NCBI GenBank assembly: GCA_047495785.1
Contig: JBLDXI010000143.1
Span: forward strand, 1-22,671
Length of the DNA stretch: 22,671 bases
Direction of reading: 5' to 3'
From: Lepidodermella squamata
Lineage: Eukaryota; Animalia; Gastrotricha
Shown: piece after piece, positions 10,878-21,600 of the stretch
How the letters are laid out: each line of letters starts with the position of its first letter
Numbering within the stretch: the stretch's first letter is position 1
The notes under the pieces: generated by a model
What the model saw: only the letters and a program-made list of their open reading frames with translations
What the model was told of the DNA's origin: nothing
Database searches by the model: none
Translations under genes and position numbers: made by a program

Positions 10878-13800
10878 TCATTCCCCAACCACCGCCTCGG
10901 GTTTCACGGTCAAGTTACGCTGCTCTGCCAGCATTTCCAGAGCGTCCAGAAACCCGTTTGGCATATGGTCAGCTAGCATACGAGGGGACACAATGACATG
11001 GTCGTAGATGGACCGACAAGTTCGCACAATTTTCAGCTCGACATAGCCCTTCTCCTTCGAATTAGACGGCGCGTGCCACTGCCTAACAATGTGATAGATC
11101 GATCCGGGCAGTTGCAACGGCTGGTGGTGCACGCGGATCCCTAAACGGTGAGCTTTTTCGTGAGCACTAGTTTCTCTACTCAGCATTTCAGTTTCAGAAT
11201 TTGCGCCAGCTTCTATCGTAATCCCTGCATCCAACGGCTGATGCTCCTCGGCATCTGGCGACGCAGAATCCGGCGTTATCGAATCGTCGAAGTTGATACA
11301 CACAGAATTACGCATAGTTTTAATTGTTGAGAAGTCTATTTTGTTACTGGTATCACTTGAGTTATTTTTCACGGTAGACGCCGAACAACACGAAGCTGCG
11401 TTACCAATAACTGCCCATTTTGTTTGGTTGCATGATCTCAGTACGTTAACAATATCAGTGCGTAGAGCTTCGATTTGGCGTAGGCCAATGCGTGGCACTA
11501 CGTCTTTGCCTAGAATTACGCTGGTCACAAAGTTTTGCGTGTATCTCGCCGCCGAAACGCCTAAAAGGCCGCCTGGTGGCGAAAATGCGTAGACAAGTAA
11601 ATCAGGGTGACTAGGTTTTAGTAGAATTCCGAGTAAACTGGCAACCCCTGCGCCTAGGGAGTGCCCTACAAAAACAAGGCCGAATTTCGAGGAAGTTCCG
11701 TACAACTCCTCAGCACGATCGAAGGCTCTCTCGAGTATTTTTTCATTCAGCAAACGATCACGTAACGCGATCGAAGCTGCTAGCATGCCTTTGTGAGCTA
11801 CCCAAGAGTCGGAGGGCTCGTCAAACGCCTGTAATATCGGAATCTGAGCACTGTCTGCGTTCAAATCCGTTACAACGTCCGATAACGATAATGTACCCCT
11901 TACTGAAACGACTACAGCTTTCAGCTTAGCATCGAGAAGTACTATGAAAGCAGTTTCGCCGATTCCGGACTCAAAATCTGCATATACTAGATCGGTTTCG
12001 GCAATCTCGGTCTGGCGAAAAACTGCCTGGGTGTTGAGTTTACACGGATTATCATGCAAAATCTCGGCATTCAACGTAGATTCAGACCTGCGGCAACACC
12101 TGCACGAAGACAACGGGCCTGTGATGGCGAAACCAGGGTGTTTCAACACGTAAAACGGCCAACCAGTTGCGGAATGGGCGAATTTGAAAACTCTCAATAA
12201 TCTCAACACCAATTCAGAATCGGCTAGATTTCTCTCTGGGTGTAACATTGTTAAGGCGGGTAGGCGATGATGCTCCTCCTCCGTATCTTCTTGGCTCTCC
12301 AGGGCGACTGGAATGCCGGAAAGCACTTTGATGCGATGAGTCACGCTTTGTCGAATCACCCGTTTCTGCGCCCGTCTCAGCAAAATGAGACCAACTATTA
12401 TGTCTGACATGACTAGATCAGCATCACCAAATAGTTCCCCGAAAATTTTGGCAACCTCAAGAAAAGTCGCTTGCTGTGTGCGGCGTTCAGAGCCAAGACA
12501 GCAGAATAATAAATTGAATTGTTTGTACCACGTTTTGGTGTAGTCCTCTTTTGCCTGGCGCGCTTTAAGCAGGCGCCGTTTTGTATGTGAGATTTTTATG
12601 CGTTCCTGTTGGTGTTGTTGGTCCGTTCCTGCAGATTGTTGTTGTTGCAATGGGGACATGTTCACAGTGGCAGCTGAGGCTGCTCCAACGGCTTTTTGAA
12701 GCCGATACCACTGACCACCTTGGTTCAATTATGATTTTGGATATTCTGATGATAAGTTTAGTAATTTTACCTGAAAAGTCGTATGAACAGACAGCGATTA
12801 ACGGTAAAAGAACAACCACGACATTTTCACAGATTGCGATAGCTGAAATTCAAAGGATCGAATCAAAATTGAGTTAGGATTGGAAAGTGAGGACTCACCT
12901 AATAAAATGGTTGAAGTGGTCGAGTTTCTTACACATGGACAACCGTACCACCAAACGTACGTGAAAGCAACATAGCAGATTTCAGCCGAAATGAAAACTG
13001 GAAGAAAAATTGCGAATTAAAATAGAGCATGCAAATTAGAGCATACTTCGATATTTAGAATAAGCTATCGAAAAACTCGGTTGAGAATAACTGAATGCGA
13101 ATTTTTCTATAATTACGATTTGAAAACATCGAAAGACCAACCAATAATATACTTCTAGCTCAACACAACCTGATCCATTGCTATGACTTGGAAATGATAA
13201 TAAGAGCCTTTTCACTTCACTTTTCCGACATTTAAAGAGCTCAGATCCGGTCGAACACCCGATCTGCAAAGACTGGTACGATCGGTACAACTTCGCCCGC
13301 ATGCTGAGCAATGACGAGAACAAGTCGATCGCATAACTGATCGAATGCAACGCAGCGCCCAGATCGATCGCGGCGCACATGAGACGCGAGACTGGCAAGA
13401 AGGTGAGACCGAAAACGGTTAGTAACATCCGACAAACTATGAACAAAACACCCGACGAAGTGACTGCGACCCTCGCGACCTGGTCCGGATGGAAACATCA
13501 ACTCGCTATTCATCGTTACTCGTTCCATGATTGATGACGTCAAGCGCTTCAAGCCTACCCCGATTTTACTCGACACCACATTCAAAACTAACGTCGAAAA
13601 CTATAAGGTGAGTCTAATTTATATCAAAATTGGTTATTATTCGGCTTTTTGATTAAAGGTTATCAAAGTCGTTTATCGGTGCCCATAAACAGCCAGCAAT
13701 CCCGTTGCTGCTTGCGGACGAACGGAAAGCGAATCTTCCAGTTGTGCTGGAAGAACTTAAGAAGATCTACCAGCCGGATTTCTTCTTTGTCGACAAGGAT

Positions 13801-15081
13801 TTCGATCAGCTCGAACTTCTATTCCATTTAAATTCTCTTTAAATTATCAAAATTCGCCGACTTGAAATGCACTTCACGTGCTCTCTGAGATTACTTGATG
13901 CTCTATCATGGTTTCCAGGAAACGATGGGCCGTAACGAAACGGCTGATGCTAGCAAGGCCCGTTCCGTGATTAAATCAGTGAAAAGTGTTGTGGAATCGA
14001 TGGGCTCGATCGTGAGAAAAGCCACTGTGTCAAACTACGTTCAGTCTTTACCATCTAGCAGCTTAAGCTAGGAAGCTAGGAACCATTCGATGGAATGGTA
14101 CAGGAAGCCAATGCCTTGATAAGAAACGCTAAATCTATCATTGCTTGCTGTAATCTTGCTTTACTCCTTCTGCAACTTGGCGTATTCAAGCTCTTTGGCC
14201 TGCCAAACATCGCAAAAACCAAGGCTGAAACAACTGTTTTGCGAGTAAAAAAATCACTTCCAAGGTGGGCCGCAAGAGTGGAACTGCACAAACACTGACG
14301 AAACATCGAAAATCAAGCTAACATCGAAAGTCATTACTCGCATTTCCGTAGCTAACGTATTGGATAGCTTGGAAAATCTCGATTTCATTCTAAATTGAAC
14401 TTAATTTTAGGCTTGCGAGGAAAATGTCCCAAAACTATCTACCATTTCCGTCAATTTTGATTGCTTCCTAAACCAAAATTGTCTACGTCATATCTGCAAG
14501 TTTTCCAGCTCAGAATTAATTGATGGAAAACTAGCGTATTCGATCATTGCATGTGTTTTCCATAGTAAGAGCGCAATATGGTAAAAAATATATATATAAA
14601 TTTACCATATCTTGTGCCAAGGAAAGGAACAACGCGCATCCGCGGAACAGCATTCATAATGGTACCCTGGTTGCTGTAGAAGGCAATCGCGAGCTCGAGG
14701 AGGAACGCGCCCGTGAGAACAAGGGCGCACAGCGAGATCAACACCGGAAACGTATAGACGGGGCATATCGCATCAGCCGAGGAGGTATTAGAGTTGAAAC
14801 TCGTCAGGTCGAAAACGGAAGACAACGTTGATTGTTTTGTCGCATTACTTGAGCTTCTGACGTCAGGCAGACAGCTCTGCCTCGAGCTAACCAGGTACAG
14901 ACCAGTTGCGATTGAAAAACTGAACAAACTGAAAATATGTAAAAATATAGCATTTTTAGGGGAAAAAAATCGGAATTTTTTCTTACCATGCTGCGTGGAC
15001 TATGACGAAAAAGCAAGCCGGAATGAGCAAGTCATCGCTTCCGAACGACCAACGGCGATGACACAGCTTCAAAGACGGCAT
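10878..15081 (-). CDS. DAGLA: Diacylglycerol lipase alpha-like, paralogue B (complete, 5 exons, ~809 aa)
   Basis: Exons (minus): 15081-14987, 14928-14606, 12997-12899, 12842-12771, 12718-10878; 2430 nt with consistent phases. N-terminus MPSLKLCHRRWSFGSDDLLIPA. Motifs: DLVMSDIIVGLILLRR, VVVSVRGTLSLSDVVTD, AHKGM, GHSLGAG (11666-11652), FSPPGGLL, LGKDVVPRIGLRQIE, LQLPGSIYH, MLADHMP. The 616-aa ORF 10878-12728 is essentially the last exon. Confidence 0.92.
13253..13822 (+). mobile_element. Decayed MULE (ZSWIM1/3- or FAR1-like) transposase remnant with its own intron, antisense in gene B intron 2
   Basis: Translation: EHPICKDWYDRYNFARMLSNDENKSIA*LIECNAAPRSIAAHMRRETGKKVRPKTVSNIRQ, then a frameshift, then DGNINSLFIVTRSMIDDVKRFKPTPILLDTTFKTNVENYK (first catalytic Asp, 13572). 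A GT-AG intron follows (13608-13658), then LLLADERKANLPVVLEELKKIYQPDFFFVDKDFDQLELL (second Asp, 13792). DxT(F/Y)KTN and DKDF are characteristic MULE DDE motifs. Confidence 0.8.
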
Positions 15082-15611
15082 GCACCACACAGACCCACTG
15101 ACTAGAAAATTCTTAGAAAAAATCCCTAAAAAATTGCAAAAATAATTAAAATAGGATTTTAATAATTCAGCATAAAATAATATAGGCACAGCGCTTGAAT
15201 CAGCTGGGATGCATAAATTTCGATGGAATATTCAAATGTTAGTGAAACAGCACACCGGAAACTGGTTTTTGGTCTTAATAGTAATACAAAAACACTCTCA
15301 GCAGGCAGTTTTTAAAAGAGGTTATCATGTATTAAAGCGCAACACAATATTTTGTCATGTACCGACCGATTTCAAGCACAACCAATGCGTCAGTGCTTAA
15401 AAAATAGCTGCGATAAGCGGTATAAAATAGGAAGCAGATTCTTTTCACCTCGAAAAATATGCGTAAATTTCTACAACAAACAGGCAAGATCTCTCTCCCA
15501 CTCAGCAGTTTCAACAAAAAAAATAAGATTTTTTTTCTAGTTAATATATCACTCGAAGCTGCATAAAATAATATTGAATGAGGTTAAAAAATTCGAGAAT
15601 AATTTTGTAAT

Positions 15612-18600
15612 TCAAGCTTCAACGCTTTCTTTGTTCATAAAACTGTCAAGGCACTTTAGAATTTCCGAGGTGAAGTGGTCCGATAACATGTAGGACGATA
15701 CGATAACGTCGTCGTAGTCGAACCGCGACAGCCCAGAGCCGATAACTTTCATCTCGCTGCCGCTCTGGTGGCTTTCTCGAACGATGTGGCCCAGTTTGCC
15801 TGGTAGGTACAGTTGTTCGATGACTGGCTTGTACGGCCGGGCGTCGAGTGGATGGCGCGTTTCTCGTGGTTGGTTTCTCAGCCGGCGCAATTCGCCGTAG
15901 TCGACTTGTTCGATGAATTTGTTCAGATACGTGTCCCATATGTCGGAGGTTGAGCAGAAAATGTGCGAACAAGTTACAGCAGACACAAAGGGCCACTTTA
16001 AAAAATAAAATAAAATGAAAATTTGAATTATACGAAAAACAAATTTCACTCGTTCGGATTTCTCAAAAATTGAATAATTTCTCGATAGGATCATCCCATA
16101 GAATTTTTAGCTATATTTTAACATGATGCCAGTATCCGAAAAAATGCCATTAAATAGCCCAAAATCCTCAATTTTCAATTTTTTGAAAAAATTAGAGCTT
16201 CAATATGTATAGAAAATCGAGGTCCGGTACATCCCCATGAAAGACGGTAGGAATATAAAAATTGCTACTGCCCTGCGATTTGCTTTGAAATTTCAAATTT
16301 ATACCGGAAAATGTCGGAAGAGGGGAGAGCTAACCCACCTTAATTTTTTTTTAGCTCTACGTAAAGAAAATGTTTCACGATTACCTGAGCTCTTGGGCTG
16401 GAATGACCCAGCTTATCAATAATTTATCGCGCAGCCAGTGGCTACTACAATTTCCACGTAAAAATTGATATTTATTGACGTAGGCGATAATGATTTCACA
16501 AACATTAAACTCGAGAAAAACAATCAATAACAATTTTGAAAGTGTGGGACGGATGAAAGCTGATTTTCGCACTCTCAGTCCAAACGCAAATAAAAGCATC
16601 CTAATACACAAAATGCTGGGCCAAAGCAAGGAAGAAAACATTTTATAGGGTATGCTTTTAAGAAAAATTGGCTGAGACGCGTCTCGCGCATACTTTTCGA
16701 CACTTTTTGCTAATAAAGACTTGCCCATTGGGGTTATATTGGTGCATGAAATATAGCACAAATTTTGTGCTTCTAAAATTTCAGATTTATTTTCCTTAGG
16801 CCGACGTTAAAACTCGAATATTTCAATTTTTAGCTATAAATTCATGGTAAAAATTTCATAAAGAAAATGCATACAGAAAATGGCTTACCTTTGTTTTTTG
16901 ATAGAGATCAAGCACATTCAGCATGTCTTGTCGTAAATTTTCCAATTGCCGTTTACCCATTCTATCGAATAGCAAAAGTACACATATTAACGACGAAAAA
17001 GAAATTAGCAATTTACAAATATTTCCCTGATTGAAAAACGCCAACTCTCGCAGAAATATATACACATAAACTCATAATGTGAAGATAGCGCGTGCGGAAA
17101 ATGCAAATGATCGGTTCCAGTTTATATTACATTCGCACTATCAATAGCAAGATATATATATGTAAAATGGTGTGTACTCATTCCGACCGACCCGTTTTTC
17201 TAGAGTATAGACGCCCGTTTCTAGAAGAAATGACGCGGGTGGATCAATATTATTACTACTAGTACCACGGATGATGATGATGATGATTCAAATTGGTTTT
17301 GCAAAAAGGGCTCAAGAATTCGCATGTCTCGAGGGAGTCTTTTGTCTTCACACATCGATATGCATTATCCCTGACAAAATAATGATTTTTCACGGACAAA
17401 ACAATTACCTAGGAATGACATCTTTCCCCAGAATAAATGTCCGAGTGAACGAGTCGGTATATTCAGCAGCTGGTAGACTGAAAAAAATCAGAAAAGAATT
17501 ATCAGAAAAATCCGATTCGAAAAAAAACTAACGATAGAAGGCCACCAGGCGGCGAAAAGCAAACAACTTCGAGCGAGGGATATTCCTCCTTAAGAAAAAT
17601 TCCCAGCATAGCAGCTGTACCGGCTCCGAGTGAGTGGCCGGTCAGTAATAAGCCGAATTCTTCCACCTCCGGATAGTGATCCTTATCGGGGGATAAAATA
17701 ATATTTTTATTATCAAAATTAGCTGCGGAATTTTCTCACCTGTGCAACGTGGAAGGCGCGTTCCAACAGTTTGCCCTTAACCAGGTGGGTTTTCACATAA
17801 ACTGCAGCTTGTACAATGCCCTAGAAAAGGACAAATTTTCACGTTTTCTCTCGAGTTAAATCGAAAAATTACTCGATGGCCTTTCCATTCAGGATCGCGA
17901 TTTCCGCCGGGTAGAGGTAGCTCGGTGGTTTCAACGTTCAGATCGGTAAACACATCCTAAAAATACCAATTATAAATTTAAAAAAAAATTAAAAATATTT
18001 CTTTTAACATCAAATTGACTTATCATCAAACTCTTTTTGCCGACAACAAACTTCGACAGAAATTATTATTTGATAGGGAAAAATCATAGAGAAAAAAATG
18101 ACCGATAGAGAAAAATGTTTATTTTTTTCTCTATGGGAAAAATATACTTTCATGATGAAGTTATGGATTTCAAGTGCTTATGACTTCATATAGACATCAT
18201 ATCATATCAGCAATTGATTTTTTTGCGTGTGCAGAAGACACGCGCTGCGCGGGAAAAGTCGCCTTAAATGCCTGCATTTTTTCGGAGAATTCATTCTCAA
18301 AAGTTAAATTCCAAATTCATTTAAGCAATTTGCTCTTTATCTGTCGTTTGTAAATCACCAATAATGAAGAAGTTACTCATGATAACAACTTCCAACTCTT
18401 CTTCATCGGAATCGGGTACGTCGCCGCCGCCTCCAACTCGCGAGCCGGCCATCAAGTAAAAGCTCGCGGAACTCTCAAGCAAGGAAGTGGCTAAAGAATG
18501 GGTAAATGAAAACACGCCGTAGGCTCTCCTTAGGTTTTCAGCTTCATGTTCCGCGAAAAGCAGTCGTTATTTTACTACAGCAGTATATTTCTACCAAAGA

Positions 18601-21600
18601 ATTTATCGTGGCTTGTGACAAATTTTGCGAATTTTACGTCTCCTCCGAAGTTACAAAGCCGTTTATTTACTACTCTCGAAGAGTTTAGCTGAATAATGCT
18701 AATCAAAATTTTTGGTATGAGGGTTTTGCCCGAAGTTTCCCGTCGACGAATAATGCGAACGAGTCCGGCAATCGTGACATCAAACGAACATGGAAAGCGC
18801 GGCGAAAGCTGAAACTGCTCATGGAAAAATGTCTGCTGAAAGTTTTCCTGTTTTGGTCTCACAGGAGAGAGAACAACACTGTCAAGCCTTTTTCAACACG
18901 ATGTGAGCGTGGCCTTGGATCGTTGGCGAGGTGCTATCGAGTTGACAAAAATTTTCTACGCGCCACATTCGAGAAAGCGTGTACGAAGAGTTAAAACACG
19001 ATTATAGAGCACTACTTCGAACGATGGAATTTGACGTGGGACGGAACGAAATGATTGTTCCGTTGAATTAGTGGAATGGAAGAAGGAAGTGGAAAACGGA
19101 TAAAAGCACATTTGATACAAGTCATTATTTACGATTTCGCTACGTGACAATGCGTCTGAAACTTCTCAGCTTTCACTTAACCAGTCAAGGTCCAGTAAAA
19201 GACGTTTTGACTCGCTTAACTTGTTGTAGAATTATAAAACGTAATGTACGCTTGTATGTATTGTTGAATATGAGCCAAAGCGACGAAAGTCGGACGGCTG
19301 CTAATTATTAATCTTTTATATTGGACAAATTTACGGATATTGATAATAACACCTACATTTACCAACCAGACAGGGAAACGTTTGAAAAGGCCAAAACATG
19401 GCGCAGCAAGGCTACTCGTCCGACTAAAACTCAGTAATTACCTAAATTTTCCCCCGTGCTGGCTAAAGGCAGCCCCTATTTAGCCTATTTAGCCGATGAA
19501 CCGCACGAAAGAGACGAAAAATATCGGTAATCGCTCTCCTTAAATTTGGCGATTTCAAGAAACTGAGTTTGAAAATGATTATGACTGATACGATTGAATT
19601 ATTCTTCATGTGCAAAAAGGGTGTTACAAGCGCGGCAAGGAAAAGCCTTGCGGATGGTATGCTATTAGCGCTATAAGTGTTCTTCAAAGTTCAGGTGTGT
19701 TGGGTGCACTAATAAGTAAATAAAAGGGCGACGACTGAGTTACACGGGCGCCTTTATTTGCTTGCGCAATTATTTCATTTTGGGGCGACACATTGAGTGC
19801 GTTGATCGAAGCTATTTTAGCCTAAAAAATCATCTCCGATAAATCATGTTTAGTGAAAAATTAATTAAATTGTATGTGACTTCACAGACGTGTCCGACAG
19901 GGTCCAATTGACAACCCATCTTGTTTTCCCGAAAATGTATGAGAAAATGACGAGACAGCAGTCTGGCTGACGAATGCTTAGAATTCAACCGGATGAATCT
20001 ACAATGAAAATTGTCTAAACGGGACGTTTTCGGGTGGCTCGATCCAAAAGTAAGGACTTCATAATTTGACTGTCTAAACCTGACTCTTCAAACCGATATA
20101 AACCGGACGAATTTTGGGGTCTGAGTCCGATTTAGGCATGAATTTTGTAGTCAATTTTGCAGAGGATTTGGAGGAAATGCGGGTACCTGCCTGGCAAGAG
20201 ACTCGGCGCGAATCTAGCATCATGTAGTTTAATTATGTAGTTAAATTATATATACGAAAAGGTATGACTCGAATGACTTCGAGGTTCGTAAAATGTGAAA
20301 AATTCCGAAATTTAGGTCATATTTCCCTTATATTTCCTAATCCGTCCGTTATAAAATAAACCGGACCAAAAATTATGGTCATGCTCAAATGGACCAAAAT
20401 TGAGAAGAAAATTAATTTCAAGGTCGAAAATAGCTTCGATCACTACTCCCATTTTGTTTATCCAATTCTGAAATAAATCACCAGTTTGAAAAATTATCGC
20501 TATTCATACCGCAAAAACGGAGCGAATTCAGCTATTTATTTTTATATTATTATTTATAAAATTAAAATACCTAAATTACGAATTTTTTATACGCAACATT
20601 CAAATTTTTACGTCACGAAATTCAAGTAGTATTAGAATAATCCATTTGAGCAATGAGTCCAACGCCCATCATAATTTGAAATTTGAAAATTTTTTACCTC
20701 AAGAGACATAGTTCCGCGTATTGAAATGACAACTTTGCGAAGAGCAGGGCTGACAACAACGATGAAGGCCGTTTGGAAGACGGCGCTGCGAAAATTGCAG
20801 TAGATGATATCGTGCGGCCGCAGGCCAGTCATTTGCACAACTGAGGCGTAGTTACGATACCGCCCGTCGTCATTGCGCACTATTTGCTGGTTGCAAATGT
20901 GCGACTCGTCACAGCTGAGATCGTCGGCTGGGTGAATCAATTCGCACGTCGCACAGCTGTCAGCGGATGACAAATTAAATTTACTTGAAAGAACTTGAAG
21001 TATGACTGAACATTTTATGCTATTAATAATTCAGCTAATAACAAATAGCGCAGTTCATGTTGTTCAGAAATTTCTAATTATGAATAAGATTTTTGTCAGT
21101 AAAATCGTAAACAAATTCAACTAGATTATAGGATTCCAATTGCCAAAAAAGTAGGATTTTTTATTGAATTATACGCTTACTTGTACTGATTCCACGCAAA
21201 TCCAACGTCGTAGCAAGAATCTTCATAAGCATAGGTTTTCCAGCCGCCCGATGCCATCGCTAGCCTGAGCACGGTTCGAATATAAGTCAACTCAGTAGCG
21301 TCATTTTGCGGGTCCAAACATCGAAGTTTGTCATTCATAGGAATACCAGATAAATGCTTCGTAGGTTGGCTGAGGAAATACTTTCTTTGGGCCTGGCCTA
21401 GAAGCGCCAGAGCAGTAACGTAATCGGTTGACGTCAGGTCCAAATACGCAAATTGTTCACACAATACTTCGCCAACAGCTCCAAAAATTGAATTGCTCTA
21501 AAATCGAAAAAAAATTACATTAAAAAGAAATTTAATTAAAAATTAAAAATTAAAAAACAATCCAGCAAAACTTATCCAATTCTTAAATTAATTTAAATTA

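Larger units (their letters stand above)
10698..20915. repeat. Right arm of the giant inverted repeat
   Basis: Starts ggctagaaagagtttgtgaaggggg at 10698, the reverse complement of the left-arm end. It carries the intact copy of gene B and continues into unique sequence at 20916-22671 (the 5' half of gene A). Confidence 0.98.

Noticed and set aside
13915-14306. Coding-looking stretch in gene B intron 2 (ORFs 14095-14298 and 14076-14306; mirror 6610-6840)
   Set aside because: No recognisable motif; it may be more transposon debris but I cannot support a call.
13253-19270. The two MULE fragments are on the same strand in D-D then E-SWIM order, suggesting one nested transposase gene or one element that captured the DAGL exons between them
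   Set aside because: Both have stops and frameshifts. The motif styles (DKDF/ZSWIM-like versus WYEG-PSTNN) point to different clades, the second has its own N-terminal-like part, and no enclosing TIRs were found.
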